In this document: positions 6,282-12,660 of the stretch, one piece after another
Position numbering within the stretch: the first letter of the stretch is position 1
How the letters are laid out: each line of letters opens with the position of its first letter
IMG/VR virus record: IMGVR_UViG_2711768060_000001
Location: 1-12,660 of that record
Length of the DNA: 12,660 nucleotides
Source: a virus
Taxonomy: Duplodnaviria > Heunggongvirae > Uroviricota > Caudoviricetes
Direction: 5' to 3' (one strand)
Translations under genes and position numbers: made by a program
Notes under the pieces: generated by a model
What the model saw: the letters and a program-made list of their open reading frames with translations, nothing else
The model's database searches: none
Told to the model about the DNA's origin: nothing

Positions 6282-7183
6282 CGTAAAACATCCTCCACAC
6301 CAACCAGTCCGTTCTGCTTCAGATATTCCATCGCCTTATCAGGTAGATTGCTTGATTTATTGACGCTTTTTAACGAACTGGCTAATCGCTTAACCAACAT
6401 TGTTAATTCGTTAACCTGTTTTCCGGATGCTTGTGGATTGTCAGTTTTACCAGAAGTGGCGGTACAGTCGGCGTTCCCACTCTTCACCTCCTGCGGCGGC
6501 TCCGGTAGCGGCATCCAGTACAAGGCGTTCCCTAACCACGATAAAGTGCCGTCGCTCAACTCCACGTATTCCCCTTGTACCTGTCCTGCCATATACTCGC
6601 CGTGCTTTGAATAAATTAAAACCCAATCATCTTGCGCGGGAATCCGCTCACTACAGCTTATCCAACCATCCTTAGTTGCCGGGGAGCTGGTTGACGAATT
6701 CTTATTTTCCCGAAAGTTTCCGGCCTGAAACATAGCGGCGCGGTGACACCAGATAATCCAGCCAATCGCCATATCCCATGCCATGTATTCGCTACCGCCA
6801 TTTTTTGCCCTGCGGCGATCTACAGAATCCCCGAAATGCTTCTCCATAAATAACTCATAGGCAGCCCGTTCATCCGGCACTACCAGCATTGGCGGCGTGG
6901 CGTATAGCTTACGGGTCTGAACACCTGCCCCCTGGCATTTCTCTTCCTCAACAAATCTTTCGAAAGCATATTCCCCGCAATCTTCCCATTCTCCCCATTC
7001 ATCATATTCTGCATCCCACTGGCGATACTGATATGCCACCGGTTCTGCTACCAGCGATGCCAGCGCGATACGAAACACATTAGCAAGCAGGCTATTTGAA
7101 GATTGGTTATCGTGCGCCGCGTCGCTCAGGAAGCCAGTGATGAACGATTTAATCTCCACGTTTTTTCTGGTAATAGTGGTCAT
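6278..7183 (-). CDS. Hypothetical prophage protein (301 aa); C-terminal half may be DUF551-like
   Basis: ATG at 7183 with GAGGA 8 nt upstream; start overlaps the stop of the upstream 69-aa ORF (ATGA). Trp/acidic-rich middle (YQYRQWDAEYDEWGEWEDCGEY); the domain guess is from memory and low confidence. Confidence 0.75.
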   Translation of the reverse strand: MTTITRKNVEIKSFITGFLSDAAHDNQSSNSLLANVFRIALASLVAEPVAYQYRQWDAEYDEWGEWEDCGEYAFERFVEEEKCQGAGVQTRKLYATPPMLVVPDERAAYELFMEKHFGDSVDRRRAKNGGSEYMAWDMAIGWIIWCHRAAMFQAGNFRENKNSSTSSPATKDGWISCSERIPAQDDWVLIYSKHGEYMAGQVQGEYVELSDGTLSWLGNALYWMPLPEPPQEVKSGNADCTATSGKTDNPQASGKQVNELTMLVKRLASSLKSVNKSSNLPDKAMEYLKQNGLVGVEDVLR

Positions 7184-7389
7184 TTGTTAATCCTCAAAAC
7201 TTTATGCCCGGGTGCAAAAGCACGCGTTTTGTCTTTGCTTATTCGCCAACCATCCTTGCGCGCCTCTTTTGCACAGCCAGCCCATGACGTACCGATATAC
7301 TCACCAAAGTCTGGCGACTGATATTTGCCATCCGTACACTGGCGGCAATCACAATAGAGATGCATGGTATAACTTGCGGCAATACCCAT
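7180..7389 (-). CDS. Small Cys-rich (putative zinc-binding) hypothetical protein
   Basis: 69 aa, MGIAASYTMHLYCDCRQCTDGKY...GTSWAGCAKE; ATG directly follows the upstream TGA stop (TGAATG) with AAAGGAGG SD. Confidence 0.65.
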   Translation of the reverse strand: MGIAASYTMHLYCDCRQCTDGKYQSPDFGEYIGTSWAGCAKEARKDGWRISKDKTRAFAPGHKVLRINK

Positions 7390-7749
7390 TCAGCCTCCTT
7401 TGATGCCAGTGTTTACAACCAGGCAGGCCTCTTTGAGTATCCAGTCAACAGCGTCTTTCCATGCTCCGGTTTCGACTGGCGGATTTTCACGCTTAACCTG
7501 TTCATAGAAGCGCACTGCTTTAACCAGTCCTTCTGATGTCACCGGGGCTGGCGTGGCAGTGAATAAGGCCTGAATCTCATAGCTCGGCCTGTCGTTGCAA
7601 TCCTCTTTTGTCGGTACATATTTCCAGTCACCAACCCACATCTTCTCCTGAAAGTCCGTAACGCCTTTTTTCACATAGCGATATCTCCATGCAACTGGTT
7701 TTGCCTGCCCTACCGTTTCATGCCCTTCCTGATAATTAATCTCGCTCAT
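7390..7749 (-). CDS. Hypothetical prophage protein (119 aa)
   Basis: ATG at 7749-7747 overlaps the stop of the upstream 58-aa ORF (ATGA); no recognised motifs. Confidence 0.7.
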   Translation of the reverse strand: MSEINYQEGHETVGQAKPVAWRYRYVKKGVTDFQEKMWVGDWKYVPTKEDCNDRPSYEIQALFTATPAPVTSEGLVKAVRFYEQVKRENPPVETGAWKDAVDWILKEACLVVNTGIKGG

Positions 7750-7922
7750 TCATCGCCCCACTCATCACAATATGCTTCGACAGGTGTTTTTCCTGCTTCG
7801 TAGTCATCACGCCAGGCTTCAGCATCAGCAGCACTTCCACCACGTAACTCTGCATAATCCATTAACAGTTCATGCCATTCTTCAAAACTGACGTTGTATT
7901 TAGTTGAACCAAAATCAGCCAT
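7746..7922 (-). CDS. Small acidic hypothetical protein (58 aa)
   Basis: Not in the ORF track. ATG at 7922 preceded by GAGGAGGAAG; translation MADFGSTKYNVSFEEWHELLMDYAELRGGSAADAEAWRDDYEAGKTPVEAYCDEWGDE; its stop overlaps the next start (ATGA). Confidence 0.5.
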   Translation of the reverse strand: MADFGSTKYNVSFEEWHELLMDYAELRGGSAADAEAWRDDYEAGKTPVEAYCDEWGDE

Positions 7923-8097
7923 TTTGTTCTTCCTCCTCGTCTTTTATTTCGTGATATGAGTAATTGCAGTAGTTAAAGAAAATTTCTTTTGCTTCGTCAT
8001 GAATTTCATCAGGTGTTGCGTCATCGTCCACTTCGAATACATCCTCAAAATCTCCACCAGCTATTCCCGTTTCAATAATTATTTTGAACTTTCGCAT
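7915..8097 (-). CDS. Small highly acidic hypothetical protein (60 aa)
   Basis: ATG at 8097; product is rich in D/E (…DFEDVFEVDDDATPDEIHDEAKE…KDEEEEQNG); 3' end overlaps the next ORF start by 8 nt. Confidence 0.55.
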   Translation of the reverse strand: MRKFKIIIETGIAGGDFEDVFEVDDDATPDEIHDEAKEIFFNYCNYSYHEIKDEEEEQNG

Positions 8098-8168
8098 TTC
8101 ACTACCGCCTTTTCGGGTGGCCTCCTGATGTTCTGAGGGTGCAGAAATCCCTCCTGTTAAGGATTAAT

Positions 8169-8185
8169 ATTTAGCAGTGCTAAAT
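8169..8185. repeat. AT-rich perfect palindrome ATTTAGCA-G-TGCTAAAT in the intergenic gap
   Basis: 8-bp arms around a central G at 8177; lies between the stop of ORF 8190-8936 and the start of ORF 7915-8097. Confidence 0.5.
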
Positions 8186-8189
8186 TTAA

Positions 8190-8936
8190 TTAACTGCGGG
8201 AAAAATCAGTAATCTGTCGAACAATATCCCGGTGCCTGTTCAACTCCCGCAGCGCGGCGCAGATACGCTCCCACTTCTGGACATGATTTTTCGCCCGACG
8301 CAGTTCGCGATTTGCCATATGCAGCGATGGCAAAACCAGGTCATCCGCTTGTGTTTCGGTGAACGATGGCAACGACTGCACAATGTCCGCCACAGTTTCT
8401 GTTTTAATATCTTCCTGTGTTGCAGCCTCCTGTACTGGTAACGCAACACCTGCGGGCTGAGGAAAGGCCTTACCATCAGTTTCCGCTACCGATGCTGCTT
8501 TCGGCTCTGCTGGTAAATTATCGCCCGGTATGCAGTAACGAAATTTACCGCCCTGATTTACGCGAATCAGACGACCTTTGCTGATTGCCATTGCCAGCGT
8601 TGAAGCCACTTTGCGGGATGTTGTACCGAACAGCGTAGCCAGTTCATCCGCCGTTTGTGGGCCACGTTGTTCAATCGTCGAAGTTAAATCGCTCTCCGAA
8701 ATTTTCGTCACTGTTGCCGTAGTGGTTTCTTCCGGCAGTACTGCCTGTGCTGGCTGTCCCTGCTGAACGTTGTTATCAGCCACACGCCAGGTGTATACGC
8801 TTCTATCAACGAAGCCAGCCTTTTTCAGTTCCCACAGCTCGTTCAGCACTTCTTCACGACTGATATCAAGTCGCGCTGCCAGTTCTACCGACGTGGCTTT
8901 TCCCATTGCTTTCAGTGCGTCAAAAACGGTCTCCAT
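8190..8936 (-). CDS. Prophage protein with N-terminal winged-helix-like region (DUF1627-like); start reassigned to internal ATG
   Basis: ORF track start 9002 has a poorly spaced SD and would overlap the P-like gene; the ATG at 8936 has GGGAGG 8 nt upstream and gives 248 aa ([45 protein letters not shown]...). Family name from memory. Confidence 0.7.
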   Translation of the reverse strand: METVFDALKAMGKATSVELAARLDISREEVLNELWELKKAGFVDRSVYTWRVADNNVQQGQPAQAVLPEETTTATVTKISESDLTSTIEQRGPQTADELATLFGTTSRKVASTLAMAISKGRLIRVNQGGKFRYCIPGDNLPAEPKAASVAETDGKAFPQPAGVALPVQEAATQEDIKTETVADIVQSLPSFTETQADDLVLPSLHMANRELRRAKNHVQKWERICAALRELNRHRDIVRQITDFSRS

Positions 8937-8970
8937 TAAAATTTCCTCCCGGTAAAAATTACTTCTCAAC

Positions 8971-9636
8971 TCAAACAAACCCAGCCGCTTTCCGGCGTTC
9001 ATATTCCTGTTTCAGCAACTCAATTGGAGTTGGCCCCGACGGGCGTTCTGGTGCAGCCAGTTGCCGCCGTACGGGCGGAACACTGAAGCCGTCACCAACA
9101 TGCTTTGCCCATTTCGCCAGTTGCCGTTCTGCAAGTCGTTTTAACTCCCCTTCGGTCATCTGGCGCTCAATCCCCTTTGAACGCATCTCGAGGCAAATGT
9201 GATACAGCACAGGCTGAGACCACGGGTATTTATCGCTTCCGTCGTATCGCCAGGACTCGTTGCGCCAGCGGCGGTACTCCTCCATCACGGCATCCACAGT
9301 CAAACCAAACGGATTTGCCCCACTTTCCGAAATCAACGCCACAAACTCTGCCAGGTCAGGAGGCCATGTTTCACCCGCCCGACAACGCTCCATGCACTGG
9401 CGGCAGACCTGCCGGATTTGCTGCTCAGTCATCGCGCCAATCTGTGCAATCCAGAGCTTCGAAGGTGCGGCCCCGTTCTTCTGAGTCCAGCGGTTCGAAT
9501 AAACCTCCCCCATGAGTTCCCACAGCTTCCACGCCGTTTCCGTCGCTGATAAATCCGTTTTCACGTTCCCACTGCTCACGTGCTGCCCGAATTTCCTGAA
9601 CTGCCCGTGATGCGGTGCCACCTGGCGTTGCTGCAT
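8971..9636 (-). CDS. Lambda-P-like replication protein (helicase loader)
   Basis: 221 aa; ATG at 9636 with AAGGGGGTGA SD. Segments such as [27 protein letters not shown] and [20 protein letters not shown] parallel recalled lambda P segments (FVAWCREE, YPWKSNAHYWLVTNL, TDAELRRKAADELVHMTARI). Overlaps the O-like ORF by 212 nt in another frame. Confidence 0.75.
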   Translation of the reverse strand: MQQRQVAPHHGQFRKFGQHVSSGNVKTDLSATETAWKLWELMGEVYSNRWTQKNGAAPSKLWIAQIGAMTEQQIRQVCRQCMERCRAGETWPPDLAEFVALISESGANPFGLTVDAVMEEYRRWRNESWRYDGSDKYPWSQPVLYHICLEMRSKGIERQMTEGELKRLAERQLAKWAKHVGDGFSVPPVRRQLAAPERPSGPTPIELLKQEYERRKAAGFV

Positions 9637-10465
9637 GGCTCACCCCCTTGCTGACTGGTTTAACCTGCGCCCTGACGTGATTTACGTGACGGGCGAATTT
9701 CTGCTCCCACTGAACCTGCGTGAAAACTTTCCCCTCCGCTGCCCAGTAGTCCCGGAAGGCGGCAAGTTCAGCAGGTGTAAATTCCGGCTCCGGCAGAGCC
9801 ACTCCCCACAGTGCAGCCCGTTGTCGGAAATCGGGCGACGGATTCCAGCCGTCGGTCATCGGAAATTTTCCGATGGGTTCGCTCAGACCTTCCAGGTAAT
9901 CAGGTTCCGCTGCCTGCAACGGCGCGCCATTCGACTCACTGGTCGGAGCGATCTCGCGCACGCGCGCGCTATGTGTGGGGTTTAATTCTTTATCTGTATC
10001 TGTATCTGTCGTGACTCGTCGTGACATGTCGTGACATATGCGTGACTCGTCGTGACATTCCTCATTCTGTTTTCGTAATTTTTCCCTCTCACGCTGCGCT
10101 CTCTTGCGCTCTGCCGGGGATTTCGCGGTTTGAGAAACGTTACCGTTGTCCTCTTTCAGTACCTGGCGTTTTTCCCATCCAGTGATTAAATCTCCATCAA
10201 GCACCCGCCCCTGCATTGCTTGCAAAATTGAATCAATTACGTCTTCCGTCACATCAAGCGCACTTGCTAAATCTTCCGTCGTGACATCAATGTGACCCCG
10301 TAGTGACACGCCGTGACATGTCGTGACATTTCGTGACGCGCTAACCAGAAGGTGGATATACACCGCCATCACTGTTGCAATCGGCTGTCCTGACACCCTT
10401 GAAATTGTTCGCCACTTAGGGTCATTTGGCATGTCATGCCATAATCTGAGCCAGGCGTTGGCCAT
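9425..10465 (-). CDS. Replication initiator (lambda-O-like role) with iteron arrays embedded in its coding sequence
   Basis: ORF track start 10471 is GTG; ATG at 10465 has AGAGGTGA SD. Positioned directly upstream of the P-like gene. Contains two arrays of GTGAC-core direct repeats and a (TD)3 linker encoded by (TATCTG)3. Confidence 0.7.
   Translation of the reverse strand: MANAWLRLWHDMPNDPKWRTISRVSGQPIATVMAVYIHLLVSASRNVTTCHGVSLRGHIDVTTEDLASALDVTEDVIDSILQAMQGRVLDGDLITGWEKRQVLKEDNGNVSQTAKSPAERKRAQREREKLRKQNEECHDESRICHDMSRRVTTDTDTDKELNPTHSARVREIAPTSESNGAPLQAAEPDYLEGLSEPIGKFPMTDGWNPSPDFRQRAALWGVALPEPEFTPAELAAFRDYWAAEGKVFTQVQWEQKFARHVNHVRAQVKPVSKGVSHAATPGGTASRAVQEIRAAREQWERENGFISDGNGVEAVGTHGGGLFEPLDSEERGRTFEALDCTDWRDD
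9991..10056. repeat. (TATCTG)x3 tandem repeat followed by iteron array A: five (T)CGTGAC repeats at 10-11 bp spacing
   Basis: TATCTG x3 at 9991-10008; GTGAC cores at 10011, 10021, 10031, 10042 and 10052. An alternating CG tract (9951-9970) lies adjacent. Confidence 0.65.
10278..10337. repeat. Iteron array B: six GTGAC-core direct repeats at 10-11 bp spacing
   Basis: GTGAC at 10281, 10292, 10303, 10313, 10323 and 10333, same orientation as array A and about 225 bp from it; inside the N-terminal coding region of the O-like gene. Confidence 0.6.
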
Positions 10466-10536
10466 ACTCACCTCTTCTGATACCGAATCTTTTTACTCAC
10501 GAGTTTCCGGAAGCGATCCGGTATGAATATTGTCAG

Positions 10537-10962
10537 TCAATGTACCGCCACAGCATTTCCTGCCGGGCCACCACGATTCATCTGATCGAACAAAGTGATC
10601 GCTGATGCAACAAACTCGTCGATATCTTTCACCAGGCGCTCCCGTCGCTCGACAAGCTCCCGGTGATATTCCGAACTGTGGCTGCGCATCCAGGCCACCA
10701 GCGGAGGTGGCATTGCCTTTTCGATCGCTGGTAACAGCGCCTGAATTTTTTCAACAGCATCAGGAGTGTCTTTATCTAGCCAACGGAAAATCTTTTGGGT
10801 GTTGAGATAAAGTGCGTTGTGCTTGCTGTCGTTATGCAGAACCGGAAACGTCATACCCAGCTCAAAATAAGCCCTGGTTATTTCAGCTGCCGGAACTTTT
10901 TCACCGTCCGGATGCGCCCAGGCATTCATCGCCATGCGGATGTGTTCATGCTTGATTTTCAT
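10537..10962 (-). CDS. ydaT: YdaT-like protein (Rac prophage family; CII-like, toxic on derepression)
   Basis: 141 aa; begins MKIKHEHI and ends ...VH like recalled Rac YdaT; its start overlaps the stop of the upstream YdaS-like gene. Confidence 0.75.
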   Translation of the reverse strand: MKIKHEHIRMAMNAWAHPDGEKVPAAEITRAYFELGMTFPVLHNDSKHNALYLNTQKIFRWLDKDTPDAVEKIQALLPAIEKAMPPPLVAWMRSHSSEYHRELVERRERLVKDIDEFVASAITLFDQMNRGGPAGNAVAVH

Positions 10963-11218
10963 GAATCAACTCCGGCGCATTTGATGTGTTAGTCTTACAT
11001 CCAACAGGTAAACCGTCGGTTGGGTTAGGATAAATATCAGGGCGAATTTCATGCGGGGTAACTTCCCACTTCATTAACTGGCATAACGGAATTACCTGCT
11101 TTGGGGGAACGCCAAAGCTAAACCATTGCCAAACGGTCTGTTGAGCGACCCCCATATAGCGACCTATTTCAGCTTGAGTGTATTTCTGCCTAATTTTTTC
11201 GCGAGTGCTATCTAGCAT
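10946..11218 (-). CDS. ydaS: YdaS-like Cro-type HTH protein
   Basis: ATG at 11218 with GAGGAGGG SD (ORF track start 11272 is an upstream extension); motif GVAQQTVWQWFSFGVPPKQV...IRPD; divergent from the repressor gene. Confidence 0.7.
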   Translation of the reverse strand: MLDSTREKIRQKYTQAEIGRYMGVAQQTVWQWFSFGVPPKQVIPLCQLMKWEVTPHEIRPDIYPNPTDGLPVGCKTNTSNAPELIHENQA

Positions 11219-11253
11219 TTTGCCCTCCTCTGAAAACGATAAACAAAGCCTAC

Positions 11254-11288
11254 AATAAAAAACTGTATGCAATCAACAGTTTTTTATT
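11254..11288. promoter_or_regulatory. Operator-like perfect palindrome AATAAAAAACTGT-N9-ACAGTTTTTTATT in the divergent promoter region
   Basis: 13-bp arms at 11254-11266 and 11276-11288 are exact reverse complements; lies between the YdaS-like and repressor genes; the same CTGT/ACAG core recurs at 12288-12324. Confidence 0.5.
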
Positions 11289-11326
11289 GTGATGCTTTTA
11301 ACAGTATTTACCTGTAAAATTGAATA

Positions 11327-11728
11327 ATGATGAACGCCCTAGAAGTATCTATGTACAGAATCAGCAAGCTTCTTCAGGAAACTGGATGGAGCCAGGCTGA
11401 ACTTGCCCGTAGAATTGGTGTGACACAACAAACTGTTCAACAATGGGTCAGCGGTAAGGCCACACCTAAAGCCTCAAGTTTGGATAAACTGGTTGAGGTT
11501 ACAGGGCATCCATTGCATTGGTTTTTATTGCCTCCAGAAGAGGGGGAGCAAATTTTCACCCCTGACACGATGAAAATTGGTCCTCGCCAACGCGAACTGC
11601 TCCAAGCTTTTAGTGCGTTTCCAGAGGAAGACCAAGAAAAAATGCTTCAAGAAATCAAAGACAAGAAAAAATCAATGGAAGAAACCATTGCCCGGTGGTT
11701 GGCGGCACAAAAAAGCCGCCGGGCGTGA
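11327..11728 (+). CDS. Prophage repressor, XRE/CI-type HTH, lacking a LexA-like S24 protease domain (RacR-like role)
   Basis: 133 aa; N-terminal HTH (SQAELARRIGVTQQTVQQWVSGKATP); too short for a C-terminal autocleavage domain; divergent from YdaS-like; no SD, with -10-like TAAAAT (11315-11320) ending 6 nt before the ATG. Confidence 0.8.
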   Translation: MMNALEVSMYRISKLLQETGWSQAELARRIGVTQQTVQQWVSGKATPKASSLDKLVEVTGHPLHWFLLPPEEGEQIFTPDTMKIGPRQRELLQAFSAFPEEDQEKMLQEIKDKKKSMEETIARWLAAQKSRRA

Positions 11729-11755
11729 CCACTGTACAAGAAGAGGAGTTATGCC

Positions 11756-11947
11756 ATGAATACAGCCCTTTCTCCGATAGTTTCAGAATTCGAAACTACC
11801 GAACAAGAAAACAGTTACAACGAATGGTTGCGCGCTAAAGTGGCGTTAAGCCTTGCAGACCCTCGCCCCGCAATTCCACATGACGAGGTAATGGCTGAAA
11901 TGGAAAATCTTATTGCTCAAATTGCTGCAACTAACAGGAGCGAGTAA
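11756..11947 (+). CDS. Putative antitoxin of a RelE/ParE-type toxin-antitoxin pair
   Basis: 63 aa; GAGGAG SD; stop overlaps the start of the downstream toxin (TAATG). Assignment mainly by genetic context. Confidence 0.65.
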   Translation: MNTALSPIVSEFETTEQENSYNEWLRAKVALSLADPRPAIPHDEVMAEMENLIAQIAATNRSE

Positions 11948-12234
11948 TGTTACCCATTTTATGGCTACCATCTGCTCGCGATGATTTGCGTCAGATCGTA
12001 ACCTATATTGCTAAGGAAAACATTCCTGCAGCACGCAGACTAAAAATACGTATTGAAACGTCTGTTTTAGCCCTCTCTGAGCATCCATATCTATATCCGC
12101 TAAGTGATCGAGTATCCGGTTTGCGGGAAATTGTGGTTCACCCTAATTATATCGTGTTGTACCGAGTAGCAACTTCAAGCATTGAAATTGCGAATATTGT
12201 GCATGCCCGTCGACAATTTCCCTTCTCTATCTGA
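11947..12234 (+). CDS. RelE/ParE-superfamily toxin
   Basis: 95 aa; MLPILWLPSARDDLRQIVTYIAKENIPAARRL...EIVVHPNYIVLYRV...IEIANIVHARR fits the RelE/ParE pattern; translationally coupled to the antitoxin. Confidence 0.8.
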   Translation: MLPILWLPSARDDLRQIVTYIAKENIPAARRLKIRIETSVLALSEHPYLYPLSDRVSGLREIVVHPNYIVLYRVATSSIEIANIVHARRQFPFSI

Positions 12235-12250
12235 GCCGAACAATTTCCAT

Positions 12251-12277
12251 ACTCCCTCACTCGAGGGAGTTTTTTTG
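12251..12277 (+). terminator. Rho-independent terminator after the toxin gene
   Basis: Stem ACTCCCTC (12251-12258) / GAGGGAGT (12263-12270), 4-nt loop, T-run 12270-12276. Confidence 0.65.
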
Positions 12278-12287
12278 CCTAAAACAA

Positions 12288-12330
12288 CAATTAAAAACTG
12301 TTGACACAAAACAGTTTTTAATTGTAGATT
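12288..12330 (+). promoter_or_regulatory. Rightward early promoter overlapped by a 15-bp-arm operator palindrome (pL-like)
   Basis: Palindrome CAATTAAAAACTGTT-gacacaa-AACAGTTTTTAATTG (12288-12324); -35 TTGACA at 12301-12306 inside it; -10 TAGATT at 12325-12330 (18-nt spacer). Confidence 0.5.
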
Positions 12331-12509
12331 GTTTTTACCAACCCACCCCGCCCCACAGAACGCAGGGCAATACTTCGAGTTACCAGGCAGTGGTCAGGGG
12401 TTAAGTAGCCAGCCCGAGGCGTAAGAACATGACGGCAGGGTTCAACTTTAATAACTATGCAGCAGGTTTTTGTTCCGCTACCCCGGCGTTAAGGGGAAAT
12501 GAGGTCAAC

Positions 12510-12660
12510 ATGGATACTATCGATCTTGGCAACAACGAATCTCTGGTGTACGGCGTGTTTCCCAACCAGGACGGCACATTCACCGCGATGACGTATACCA
12601 AAAGCAAAACGTTTAAAACCGAAAATGGTGCCCGTCGCTGGCTGGAAAGAAACTCAGGTG
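12510..12660 (+). CDS. Partial ORF (continues beyond window), first gene of the rightward early operon; hypothetical
   Basis: ATG at 12510 with GAGG 6 nt upstream; open to the window edge (MDTIDLGNNESLVYGVFPNQDGTFTAMTYTKSKTFKTENGARRWLERNSG...). Confidence 0.55.
   Translation, partial: MDTIDLGNNESLVYGVFPNQDGTFTAMTYTKSKTFKTENGARRWLERNSG

Noticed and set aside
8937-9002. N-terminal extension of ORF 8190-9002 (start at 9002)
   Set aside because: The 9002 ATG has a poorly spaced SD and would overlap the P-like gene by 32 nt; the internal ATG at 8936 has GGGAGG at ideal spacing.
8232-9985. ORFs 8232-8441, 8240-8476, 8578-8766, 8770-8955, 8906-9202, 9105-9515, 9199-9549, 9260-9484 and 9635-9985
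   Set aside because: Off-frame or antisense ORFs inside the DUF1627-like, P-like and O-like genes, whose own frames carry family-like motifs.
9991-10337. Possible CRISPR array
   Set aside because: Repeat units are only about 10 bp with no uniform spacers and lie inside a coding sequence; they fit replication iterons, not CRISPR repeats.
11577-11759. 60-aa plus-strand ORF overlapping the repressor 3' end
   Set aside because: Off-frame overlap with the repressor gene; Lys/Arg-rich low-complexity translation; no independent start signal.

Overview
This window reads as the early-to-late junction of a lambdoid (Rac/Qin-like) prophage in an enterobacterial genome, with nearly all genes on the minus strand. 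Reading right to left: a rightward promoter with a palindromic operator (12288-12330) leading into a partial ORF; an immunity region with an HTH repressor (11327-11728, no LexA-like protease domain) co-oriented with a RelE/ParE-type toxin-antitoxin pair, facing divergent YdaS-like and YdaT-like genes; a replication module with an O-like initiator carrying two arrays of 10-11 bp phased iterons and a lambda-P-like helicase loader; a nin-like block of small translationally coupled ORFs, interrupted by an opposite-strand ParD/ParE module; a YdfU-like protein, RusA and a Q-like antiterminator followed by a promoter and strong terminator (pR'/tR'-like); then late-region morons (an orphan DPPY DNA methyltransferase, tRNA-Thr(UGU) and tRNA-Gly(UCC)), a terminator-dense non-coding stretch, and a truncated membrane protein that may be a holin. 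No integrase, attachment site, CRISPR array or IS element is visible. All calls rest on reading the sequence and ORF track plus recalled family motifs; no database search was run, so family names are recognition-level inferences.
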